Origin: Eledone cirrhosa
Taxonomy: Eukaryota
Length of the DNA: 64,000 nt
Direction of reading: 5' to 3'
Assembly: GCA_964016885.1 (NCBI GenBank)
Contig: CAXHJY010001712.1
Coordinates: 52,359 to 116,358 of the forward strand
In this document: positions 32,701-45,427 of the stretch, piece after piece
How positions within the stretch are numbered: position 1 is the first letter of the stretch
How the letters are laid out: each line of letters opens with the position of its first letter
Made by a program: the position numbers and the translations under genes
The notes under the pieces: generated by a model
What the model was told of the DNA's origin: nothing
The model's input: the letters and a program-made list of their open reading frames with translations, nothing else
Database searches by the model: none

Positions 32701-35700
32701 TGACCACTTTACAGTATGGACTGGGTGATTTTTGTTGTGACACCTACATGACCACTTTACAGTGTGGGCTGGGTGACTTTTGTTGTGACACCTACATGAC
32801 CACTTTGCAGTGTGTACTGGTTGATTTTTGTTGTGACACCTACATGAACACTTTATGGTATGGACTGGGTGATTTATGTTGTGACACCTACATGACCACT
32901 TTCCAGTGTGGACTGGGTGTTTTTTGATGCGACAACTACATCACCACTTTACAGTGTGAGCTGTATACTTTTTGTTGTAACACCTACATGACCACTTTAC
33001 AGTGTGGACTGGGTGTTTTTTGTTGTGACACCTACGGGACCACATTACAGTGTGTGCTGGCTGCTTTTTGTTGTGACACCTACATGACCACTTTACAGTG
33101 TGGGCTGGGTGATTTTTGTTGTGATACCTACAAGACCACTTTCCAGTGTGGACTGGGTGATTTTTGTTATGACACCTACATGACCACTTTACAGTGTGGG
33201 CTGGGTTCTTTTTGTTGTGACACCTACATGACCACTTTGCAGTGTGTACTGGGTGATTTTTGTTGTGCAACCTACATGACTAACTTTACGGTTTGGACTG
33301 TGTGATTTTTGTTGTGACACCTACATGACTAACTTTACTGTGTGGACTGGGTGATTTTTGTTGTGACACCTACATGACCACTTTACAGTGTGGACTGGGT
33401 GATTTTTGTTGTGACACCTACATGACCACTTTACAGTGTGGGCTGGGTGATTTTTGTTGTCCCACCTACATGACCACTTTACAGTGTGGGCTGGGTGATC
33501 TTTGTTGTCCCACCTATATGACCACTTTACAGTGTGTGCTGAGTGTTTTTTGTTGTGACACCTACATGACTAACTTTACGGTGTGGCTGGGTGATTTTTG
33601 TTGTGACACCTACATAGACACTTTACAGTGTGAACTGGGTGATTTTTGTTGTGACACCTACATGACCACTTTACAGTGTGGACTGGGTGATTTTGGTTGT
33701 GACACCTACATGACCACTTTGCAGTGTGTACTGGGTGATTTTTGTTGTGACACCTACATGACCACTTTATGGTGTGGACTGGGTGATTTATGTTGTGACA
33801 CTACATGACCACTTTACAGTGTGAACTGGGTGTTTGTTGTCATGACACCTACATGACCACTTTTCAGTGTGGACTGGATGTTTTTTATTGTGACAACTAC
33901 ATGACCACTCTACAGTGTGGGCTGGGTACTTTTTGTTGTGACACCTACATGACCACTTTACTGTGTGGACTGGCTGATTATTGTTGTGACACCTACGGGA
34001 CCACTTTTCAGTGTGGACTGGGTAATTTTTGTTGTGACACCTACATGACCACTTTACAGTGTGTGCTGGGTGTTTTTTGATATGACACCTACATGACCAC
34101 TTTACAGTCTGTACTGGCTGATTTTTGTTGTGTCACCTACATGACTAACTTTTCGGTGTGGAGTGGGTAATTATTTTGTGACACCTACATGACTAACTTT
34201 ACGGTGTGGACTGGGTGATTTTTGTTGTGACACCTACATGACCACTTTATAGTGTGGACTGGGTGATTTTTGTTGTGACACCTACATGACCACTTTACAG
34301 TGTGGGCTGGGTACTTTTTGTTGTGACACCTACATGACCACTTTACAGTGTGGGCTGGGTGATTTTTGTTGTGACACCTACATGACCACTTTACAGTGTG
34401 GACTGGGTGATTTATGTTGTTACACCTACATTACCACTTTACAGTGTGAACTGGGTGTTTGTTGTCATGACACCTACATGACCACTTTACAGTGTGGGCT
34501 GGGTAATTTTTGTTGTGACACCTACATGACCACTTTACAGTGTGTGCTGGATGATTTTTGTTGTGTCACCTACATGACTAACTTAACGGTGTGGACTGGG
34601 TGATTTTTGTTGTGACATCTACATGAACACTTTACAGTGTGTGCTGGGTGTTTTTTGTTGTGAGACCTACATGACCACTTTACAGTGCGGACTGGGTGAT
34701 TTTCGTTGTGACACCTACATGACCACTTTACAGTGTGGACTGGGTGATGTTTGTTGTGACACCTACATGACAACTTCACAGTGCGGACTGGGTGTTTTTT
34801 GTCGTGACGCCTACATGACCACTTTACAGTATGGACTGGGTGATTTTTGTTGTGACACCTACATGACCACTTTACAGTGTGGGCTGGGTGACTTTTGTTG
34901 TGACACCTACATGACCACTCTGCAGTGTGTACTGGGTGATTTTTGTTGTGACACCTACATGAACACTTTATGGTATGGACTGGGTGATTTATGTTGTGAC
35001 ACCTACATGACCACTTTTCAGTGTGGACTGGGTGTTTTTTGATGTGACAACTACATCACCACTTTACAGTGTGGGCTGGATACTTTTTGTTGTAACACCT
35101 ACATGACCACTTTACAGTATGGACTGGGTGTTTTTTGTTGTGACACCTACGGGACCACATTACAGTGTGTGCTGGCTGCTTTTTGTTGTGACACCTACAT
35201 GACCACTTTACAGTGTGGGCTGGGTGATTTTTGTTGTGATACCTACAAGACCACTTTCCAGTGTGGACTGGGTGATTTTTGTTGTGACACCTACATGACC
35301 ACTTTACAGTGTGGGCTGGGTTCTTTTTGTTGTGACACCTACATGACCACTTTGCAGTGTGTACTGGGTGATTTTTGTTGTGCAACCTACATGACTAACT
35401 TTACGGTTTGGACTGTGTGATTTTTGTTGTGACACCTACATGACTAACTTTACTGTGTGGACTGGGTGATTTTTGTTGTGACACCTACATGACCACTTTA
35501 CAGTGTGGACTGGGTGATTTTTGTTGTGACACCTACATGACCACTTTACAGTGTGGGCTGGGTGATTTTTGTTGTCCCACCTACATGACCACTTTACAGT
35601 GTGGGCTGGGTGATTTTTGTTGTGACACCTACATGACCACTTTACAGTGTGTGCTGGGTGTTTTTTGTTGTGACACCTACATGACTAACTTTACGGTGTG

Positions 35701-38700
35701 GACTGTGTGATTTTTGTTGTGACACCTACATAGACACCTTACAGTGTGGACTGGGTGATTTTTGTTGTGACACCTACATGACCACTTTACAGTGTGGGCT
35801 GGGTACTTTTTGTTGTGACACCTACATGACCACTTTACAGTGTGGGCTGGGTGATTTTTGTTGTGACACCTACATGACCACTTTACAGTGTGGGCTGGGT
35901 GATTTTTGTTGTGACACCTACATGACCACTTTGCAGTGTGTACTGGGTGATTTTTGTTGTGACACCTACATGACCACTTTATGGTGTGGACTGGGTGATT
36001 TATGTCGTGACACTACATGACCACTTTACAGTGTGAACTGGGTGTTTGTTGTCATGACACCTACATGACCACTTTTCAGTGTGGACTGGATGTTTTTTAT
36101 TGTGACATCTACATGACCACTCTACAGTGTGGGCTGGGTACTTTTTGTTGTGACACCTACATGACCACTTTACTGTGTGGACTGGCTGATTTTTGTTGTG
36201 ACACCTACGGGACCACTTTACAGTGTGGACTGGGTAATTTTGTTGTGGCACCTACATGACCACTTTACAGTGTGTGCTGGGTGTTTTTTGTTATGACACC
36301 TACATGACCACTTTACAGTTTGTACTGGGTGATTTTTGTTGTCACCTACATGACTAACTTTACGGTGTGGAGTGGGTAATTTTTGTTGTGACACCTACAT
36401 GACTAACTTTACGGTGTGGACTGGGTGATTTTTGTTGTGACACCTACATGACCACTTTATAGTGTGGACTGGGTGATTTTTGTTGTGACACCTACATGAC
36501 CACTTTACAGTGTGGGCTGGGTACTTTTTGTTGTGACACCTACATGACCACTTTACAGTGTGGACTCGGTGATTTTGTTGTGACACCTACATGACCACTT
36601 TACAGTGTGTGCTGGGTGTTTTTTGTTGTGACACCTACATGACCACTTTACAGTCTGTACTGGGTGATTTTTGTTGTGTCACCTACATGACTATCTTTAC
36701 GGTGTGGAGTGGGTAATTTTTGTTGTGACACCTACATGACTAACTTTACGGTGTGGACTGGGTGATTTTTGTTGTGACACCTACATGACCACTTTACAGT
36801 GTGGACTGGGTGATTTTTGTTGTGACACCGACATGACCACTTTACAGTGTGGGCTGGGTACTTTTTGTTGTGACACCTACATGACAACTTTATAGTGCGG
36901 ACTGGGTGATGTTTGTTGTGACACCTACATGACCACTTAACAGTGCGGACTGGGTGTTTTTTGTTGTGACACCTACATGACCACTTTACAGTGTGTACTG
37001 AGTGATTTTTGTTGTGACACCTACATGACCACTTTACAGTGTAGACTGGGTGATTTTTGTTGTGACACCTACATGACCACTTAACTGTGCGGACTGGGTG
37101 GTTTTTGTCATGACACTTACATGACCACTTCTCAGTGTGGGCTGGGTGATTTTTGTTGTGACAACTACATGACCACTGTACAGTGTGGGCTGGGTACTTT
37201 TTGTTGTGACACCTACATGACCACTTTAGAGTGTGGACTGGGTGATTTTTTTTGTGACACCTACGGGAACATTTTACAGTGTGGGCTGGGTACTTTTTGT
37301 TGTGACACCTACATGACCACATTACAGTGCGTGCTGGGTGTTTATCGTTGTGACACCTACATGACCACTTTACAGTGCGGACTGGCTGATTTTCGTTGTG
37401 ACACCTACATGACCACTTTACAGTGTGGACTGGGTGATGTTTGTTGTGACACCTACATGACCACTTCACAGTGCGGACTGGGTGTTTTTTGTTGTGACAC
37501 CTACATGACCACTTTACAGTGCGTACTGAGTGATTTTTGTTGTGACACCTACATGACCACTTTACAGTGTAGACTAGGTGATTTTTGTTGTGACACCTAC
37601 ATGAACACTTAACTGTGCGGACTGGACTGGGTGATTTTTGTTGTGACACTTACATGACCACTTTACAGTGTGGACTGGGTGATTTTGTTGTGATACCTAT
37701 ATGACCACTTTACAGTGTGGACTGGGTGATTTTGTTGTGATACCTACATGATCACTTTGCAGTGTGGACTGGGTGGTTTTTGTCATGACACTTACATGAC
37801 CAATTTACAGTGCGGACTGGGTGATTTTTGTTGTGACATCTACATGTCCACTATACAGTGTGGGCTGGGTACTTTTTGTTGTGACACCTACATGACCACT
37901 TTACAGTGTGGGCTGGGTGATTTTTGTTGTGACACCTTCATGACCACTTTACAGTGTGGACTGGGTGATTTTTGTTGTGACACCTACATGACCACTTTGC
38001 AGTGTGTACTGGGGAATTTTTGTTGTGTCACCTACATGACTAACTTTACGGTGTGGACTGGGTGATTTTTGTTGTGACACCTACATGACCACTTTACAGT
38101 GTGGGCTGGGTACTTTTTGTTGTGACACCTACATGACCACTTTACAGTGTGGGCTGGGTGTTTTTTGTTGTGACACCTACATGACCACTTTACAGTGTGG
38201 ACTGGGTGATTTTTGTTGTGGCACCTACATGACCACTTTGCAGTGTGTACTGGGTGATTTTTGTTGTGACACCTACATGACCACTTTATGGTGTGGACTG
38301 GGTGATTTATGTCGTGACACTACATGACCACTTTACAGTGTGAACTGGGTGTTTGTTGTCATGACACCTACATGACCACTTTTCAGTGTGGACTGGGTGT
38401 TTTTTGTTGTGACAACTACATGACCACTTTACAGTGTGGGCTGGGTACTTTTTGTTGTTACACCTACATGACCACTTCACAGTGCGGACTGGGTGTTTTT
38501 TGTTGTGACACCTACATGACCACTTTACAGTGCGTACTGAGTGATTTTTGTTGTGACACCTACATGACCACTTTACAGTGTAGACTGGGTGATTTTTGTT
38601 GTGACACCTACATGACCACTTAACTGTGCGGACTGGGTGATTTTTGTTGTGATACCTATATGACCACTTTACAGTGTGGACTGGGTGTTTGTTGTCATGA

Positions 38701-41700
38701 CACCTACATGACCACTTTTCAGTGTGGAATGGGTGTTTTTTGTTGTGACAACTACATGACCACTTTACAGTGTGGGCTGGGTACTTTTTGTTGTGACACC
38801 TACATGACCACTTTACAATGTGGAATGGGTGTTTTTTGTTGTAACACCTACGGGACCACTTTACAGCGTGGACTGGGTGCTTTTTGTTGTGACACCTACA
38901 TGACCACTTTACATTGTGGGCTGGGTACTTTTTGTTGTGACACCTACATGACCACTTTACAGTGTCGCCTGGGTGATTGTTGTTGTGACACATACATGAC
39001 CACTTTACAGTGTGGACTGGGTGATCTTTGTTGTGACACCTATATGACGACTTTACAGTGTGTGCTGGGTGTTTTTTTGTGACACCTACATGACCACTTT
39101 ACAGTCTGTACTGGGTGATTTTTGTTGTGTCACCTACATGACTAACTTTACGGTGTGGAGTGAGTAATTTTTGTTGTGACACCTACATGACTAACTTTAC
39201 TGTGTGGACTGGGTGATTTTTGTTGTGACACCTACATGACCACTTTACAGTGTGGACTGGGTGATTTTTGTTGTGACACCTACATGACCACTTTACAGTG
39301 TGGGCTGGGTACTTTTTGTTGTGACACCTACATGACCACTTTACAGTGTGGACTGGGTGATTTTTGTTGTGACACCTACATGACCACTTTATGGTGTGGA
39401 GTGGGTGATTTATGTTGTGACGCTACATGACCACTTTACAGTGTGGGCTGGGTACTTTTTGTTGTGACATTTACATGACCACTTTACAGTGTGTGCTGGG
39501 TGCTTTTTGTTGTGACACCTACATGACCACTTTACAGTCTGTACTGGGTGATTTTTGTTGTGTCACCTACATGACCACTTTTCAGTGTGGGCTGGGTGAT
39601 TTTTGTTGTGACAACTACATGACCACTGTACAATGTGGGCTGGGTACTTTTTGTTGTGACACCTACATGACCACTTTACAGTGTGGACTGGGTGATTTTT
39701 GTTGTGACACCTACGGGAACACTTTACAGTGTGGTCTGGGTACTTTTTGTTGTGACACCTACATGACCACTTTACAGTGTGGACTGGGTGATTTTTGTTG
39801 TGACACCTACGGGAACACTTTGCAGTGTGGACTGGGTACTTTTTGTTGTGACACCTACATGACCACTTTACAGTGCGTGCTGGGTGTTTTTCGTTGTGAT
39901 ACCTACATGACCACTTTACAGTGCGGACTGGATGATGTTTGTTGTGACACCTACATGACCACTTCACAGTGCGGGCTGGGTGTTTTTTGTTGTGCCACCT
40001 ACATGACCACTTTACAGTGCGTACTGAGTGATTTTTGTTGTGACACCTACATAACCACTTTACAGTGTGGACTGGGTGATTTTTGTTGTGATACCTACAT
40101 GATCACTTTACAGTGTGGACTGGGTGGTTTTTGTCATGACACTTACATGACCACTTTACAGTGCGGACTGGGTGATTTTTGTTGTGACACCTACATGTCC
40201 ACTTTACAGTGTGGGCTGGGTACTTTTTGTTGTGACACCTACATGACCACTTTACAGTGTGGACTGGGTGATTTTTGTTGTGACAACTACACAACCACTT
40301 TACAGTGTGGGCTGGGTACTTTTTGTTGTGACACCTACATGACCACTTTACACTGTGGAATGGGTGATTTTTGCTGTGACACCTACATGACCACTTTACC
40401 GTGTGGGCTGGGTGATTTTTGTTGTGACACCTTCATGACCACTTTACAGTGTGGACTGGGTGATTTTTGTTGTGACACCTACATGACCACTTTGCAGTGT
40501 GTACTGCGGAATTTTTGTTGTGTCACCTACATGACTAACTTTACCGTGTGGACTGGGTGATTTTTGTTGTGACACCTACATGACCACTTTACAGTGTGGA
40601 CTGGGTACTTTTTGTTGTGACACCTACATGACCACTTTACAGTGTGGACTGGGTGATTTTTGTTGTGACACCTACATGACCACTTTACAGTGTGGGCTGG
40701 GTTATTTTTGTTGTCCCACATACATGACCACTTTTCAGTGTGGGCTGGGTGATTTTTGTTGTGACACCTACATGACCACTTTGCAGTGTGTACTGGGTGA
40801 TTTTTGTTGTGACACCTTCATGAACACTTTACTGTGTGGACTGGGTGATTTATGTTTTGATACCTACATGACCACTTTACAGTGTGAACTGGGTGTTTGT
40901 TGTCATGACACCTACATGACCACTTTTCAGTGTGGAATGGGTGATTTTTGTTGTGTCACCTACATGACTAACTTTACGGTGTCGGGCTGGGTGATTTTTG
41001 TTGTCCCACCTACATGACCACTTTACAGTGTGGGCTGGGTGATTTTTGTTGTGACACCACCTACATGACCACTTTTCAGTGTGGACTGGGTGTTTTTTGT
41101 TGTGACAACTACATGACCACTTTACAGTGTGGGCTGGGTACTTTTTGTTGTTACACCTACATGACCACTTCACAGTGCGGACTGGGTGTTTTTTGTTGTG
41201 ACACCTACATGACCACTTTACAGTGCGTACTGAGTGATTTTTGTTGTGACACCTACATGACCACTTTACAGTGTAGACTGGGTGATTTTTGTTGTGACAC
41301 CTACATGACCACTTAACTGTGCGGACTGGGTGATTTTTGTTGTGATACCTATATGACCACTTTACAGTGTGGACTGGGTGTTTGTTGTCATGACACCTAC
41401 ATGACCACTTTTCAGTGTGGAATGGGTGTTTTTTGTTGTGACAACTACATGACCACTTTACAGTGTGGGCTGGGTACTTTTTGTTGTGACACCTACATGA
41501 CCACTTTACAATGTGGAATGGGTGATTTTTGTTGTAACACCTACGGGACCACTTTACAGCGTGGACTGGGTGCTTTTTGTTGTGACACCTACATGACCAC
41601 TTTACATTGTGGGCTGGGTACTTTTTGTTGTGACACCTACATGACCACTTTACAGTGTCGCCTGGGTGATTGTTGTTGTGACACATACATGACCACTTTA

Positions 41701-44549
41701 CAGTGTGGACTGGGTGATCTTTGTTGTGACACCTATATGACGACTTTACAGTGTGTGCTGGGTGTTTTTTTGTGACACCTACATGACCACTTTACAGTCT
41801 GTACTGGGTGATTTTTGTTGTGTCACCTACATGACTAACTTTACGGTGTGGGGCTGGGTGATTTTTGTTGTCCCACCTACATGACCACTTTACAGTGTGG
41901 GCTGGGTGATTTTTGTTGTGACACCACCTACATGACCACTTTTCAGTGTGGACTGGGTGTTTTTTGTTGTGACAACTACATGACCACTTTACAGTGTGGG
42001 CTGGGTACTTTTTGTTGTTACACCTACATGACCACTTCACAGTGCGGACTGGGTGTTTTTTGTTGTGACACCTACATGACCACTTTACAGTGCGTACTGA
42101 GTGATTTTTGTTGTGACACCTACATGACCACTTTACAGTGTAGACTGGGTGATTTTTGTTGTGACACCTACATGACCACTTAACTGTGCGGACTGGGTGA
42201 TTTTTGTTGTGATACCTATATGACCACTTTACAGTGTGGACTGGGTGTTTGTTGTCATGACACCTACATGACCACTTTTCAGTGTGGAATGGGTGTTTTT
42301 TGTTGTGACAACTACATGACCACTTTACAGTGTGGGCTGGGTACTTTTTGTTGTGACACCTACATGACCACTTTACAATGTGGAATGGGTGTTTTTTGTT
42401 GTAACACCTACGGAACCACTTTACAGTGTGGACTGGGTACTTTTTGTTGTGACACCTACATGACCACTTTACATTGTGGGCTGGGTACTTTTTGTTGTGA
42501 CACCTACATGACCACTTTACAGTGTCGCCTGGGTGATTGTTGTTGTGACACATACATGACCACTTTACAGTGTGGACTGGGTGATCTTTGTTGTGACACC
42601 TATATGACGACTTTACTGTGTGTGCTGGGTGTTTTTTGTGACACCTACATGACCACTTTACAGTCTGTACTGGGTGATTTTTGTTGTGTCACCTACATGA
42701 CTAACTTTACGGTGTGGGGCTGGGTGATTTTTGTTGTCCCACCTACATGACCACTTTACAGTGTGGGCTGGGTGATTTTTGTTGTGACACCACCTACATG
42801 ACCACTTTACAGTGTGTGCTGGGTGTTTTTTGTTGTGACACCTACATGACCACTTTACAGTCTGTACTGGGTGATTTTTGTTGTGTCACCTACATGACTA
42901 ACTTCACGGTGTGGAGTGGGTAATTTTTGTTGTGACACCTACATGACCACTTTGCAGTGTGTACTGGGTGATTTTTGTTGTGACACTTACATGAACACTT
43001 TACGGTGTGGACTGGGTGATTTATGTTGTTACACCTACATTACCACTTTACAGTGTGGACTGGGTGTTTGTTGTCATGACACCTACATGACCACTTTTCA
43101 GTGTGGACTGCGTGTTTTTTGTTGTGACAACTACATGACCACTTTACAGTGTGTGCTGGGTGTTTTTTGTTGTGACACCTACATTACAACTTCACAGTGC
43201 GGACTGGGTGTTTTTTGTTGTGACGCCTACATGACCACTTTACAGTATGGACTGGGTGATTTTTGTTGTGACAGCTACATGACCACTTTACAGTGTGGGC
43301 TGGGTGACTTTTGTTGTGACACCTACATGACCACTTTGCAGTGTGTACTGGGTGAATTTTGTTGTGACACCTACATGAACACTTTATGGTATGGACTGGG
43401 TTATTTATGTTGTGACACCTACATGACCACTTTTCAGTGTGGACTGGGTGTTTTTTGTTGTAACACCTACATGACCACTTTACAGTGTGGACTGGGTGTT
43501 TTTTGTTGTGACACCTACGGGACCACATTACAGTGTGTGCTGGCTGCTTTTTGTTGTGACACCTACATGACCACTTTACAGTGTGGGCTGGGTGATTTTT
43601 GTTGTGACACCTGCATGACCACTTTACATTTTGGGCTGGGTACTTTTTTTTGTGACACCTACATGACCACTTTACAGTGTGGCCTGGGTGATTGTTGTTG
43701 TGACACCTACATGACCACTTTACAGTGTGGACTGGGTGATCTTTGTTGTGACACCTATATGACACTTTACAGTGTGGGCTGGGTGATTTTTGTTGTGAAA
43801 CCTACATGACCACTTTGCAGTGTGTACTGGGGGATTTTTGTTGTGCCACCTACATAACTAACTTTACGGTGTGGACTGGGTGATTTTTGTTGTGACACCT
43901 ACATAGCCACTTTACAGTGTGGACTGGGTGATTTTTGTTGTGACACCTACATGACCACTTTACAGTGTGGGCTGGGTACTTTTTGTTGTGACACCAACAT
44001 GACCACTTTACAGTGTGGATTGGGTGATTTTTGTTGTGATACCTACATGACCACTTTACATTGTGGGCTGGGTAATTTTTGTTGTGACACCTACATGACC
44101 ACTTTACAATGTGGGCTGGGTGATTTTTGTTGTGACACCTACATGACCACTTTAAAGTGTGGACTGGGTGATTTTTGTTGTGACACCTACATGAACACTT
44201 TGCAGTGTGTACTGGGTGATTTTTGTTGTGACACCTACATGACCACTTTATGGTGTGGAGTGGGTGATTTATGTTGTGACGCTACATGACCACTTTACAG
44301 TGTGGGCTGGGTACTTTTTGTTGTGACACCTACATGACCACTTTACAGTGTGGACTGGGTGATTTTTGTTGACAACTACACAACCACTTTACAGTGTGGG
44401 CTGGAGGCTTCCCCAGATGTATGCTTCAGCCTGTCCTCATGGGAGATGTATGTGTGGGTACGATTTGGTGGGGGTGGTGTATACTATATATATGCTTTGG
44501 CTTCAGCCTCTACCCACATATGTAGTTTTCCAAGTTATCTTGGTGGCGT

Positions 44550-44846
44550 GGGGATTAACCACAGTTAAAAAATGTACTCAATACATTATTAGAGTACAGG
44601 CATCTTTATTTGATATATAAATATTGGCTCTATGGTTCTTATATATTTGATATATATTTATCCGTATCGAGCCCCCTCTTTGGATTTTAGTCTTCACATT
44701 TATTCCTTACGGGGTCGATAAAATAAAGTACCAGTAAGGCACTGGATAATTGCTGGCCTTGTGCCTAAAGTAGAAACAATTATTACTATATATATAGAAA
44801 TTACTTGTACAGGACTAGAACTGTTCCATTCGTCTGAAATGATCAT
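44550..44846 (-). pseudogene. Decayed, interrupted inverted paralogue of the 48110-48230 candidate snoRNA
   Basis: Minus strand TGATCATTTCAGACGAATGGAACAGTTCTAGTCCTGTACAAGTAATTTCTAT matches TGATGATTTCTTTTGAATGAAACAGTTCTCGTCCTGTTGAAGTCATTTTTAT at 48111. GATGCCTGTACTCTAATAATGTATTGAGTACATTTTTTAACTGTGGTTAATCCC matches 48172-48224. The two blocks are split by about 190 bp containing a SINE fragment. Confidence 0.45.
44704..44785 (+). mobile_element. 3' fragment of the tRNA-derived SINE family seen at 47010-47410
   Basis: TCCTTACGGGGTCGATAAAATAAAGTACCAGTAA…GCTGGCCTTGTGCCTAAAGTAGAAACAATTA is nearly identical to 47328-47406. Confidence 0.85.
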
Positions 44847-45427
44847 ATATATAAATAAATACATATAGTCAGTTGTCAGTCTAACCTACACAATTCTTTA
44901 AAATAAAACGTATCTAAAATTAAGTGAAAGCAAGTGTCCTGCCAACAAATGGCTGGTTGAATTGTTTCGGCCGGTAAGGGAGGTAACTGACGATGTTTCT
45001 CTAACTTCTCTTCATGTAGCGGACGATTGCTTCTAAAGTCTCTTTCTTTCTCACGCTCTCTCATTCACTCATTTACACAAAATAAAAAAATTTTAAATCG
45101 AAACATACACCAAGAGCAACATTCTCAGTGTGCTGACACACATATTTTATATATGCAGTTTTAGATTATCCCGCTTAGGGTGAAAGCAGAAATTCACTGC
45201 TTACACTTTTAATCTGTACTATTAATAAATACGGGTTTATATATACTTATATGTGGAGTCTGGAACTAGCTGTTGGAAGGGCAAGAGCTCAGCCGTTGGG
45301 TTTCGACACTTTATTATAATATACATGACTTCAAAGTGTTAATAGCGTTTTAAAGTACATCTTACGTCAAAATATTATCACTTCCAAAAGTGATCATAAA
45401 TAATAATCATGATTTCTTTATTGGTCA

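Larger units (their letters stand above)
1..44404. repeat. 48-bp tandem satellite array, about 920 monomers in the window and open at the left edge; consensus GTGACACCTACATGACCACTTTACAGTGTGGACTGGGTGATTTTTGTT
   Basis: Uninterrupted head-to-tail monomers in one orientation, with point variants and 1-3 bp indels. The last monomer ends at about 44404 (…ACAGTGTGGGCTGG), followed by unique sequence. Confidence 0.98.

Noticed and set aside
59-44289. Cys-rich (metallothionein- or keratin-associated-like) protein genes
   Set aside because: They are translations of a 48-bp satellite with random frameshifts and stops, no unique termini and no splice structure.
1-44404. CRISPR-like array
   Set aside because: Monomers abut with no unique spacers, there are no cas genes, and the context is eukaryotic.
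44803-44833. Minus-strand micro-exon (TTTCAG|…|GTAATT) encoding NGTVLVLY
   Set aside because: The paralogous copy at 48125 lacks the acceptor and homology continues across both supposed splice sites, so it is better explained as part of a non-coding unit.
44876-45064. 62-aa minus-strand ORF MREREKERDF…
   Set aside because: It starts in a (GA)-rich tract, has no recognisable domain and no convincing splice partners. It cannot be supported, although an exon is not excluded.
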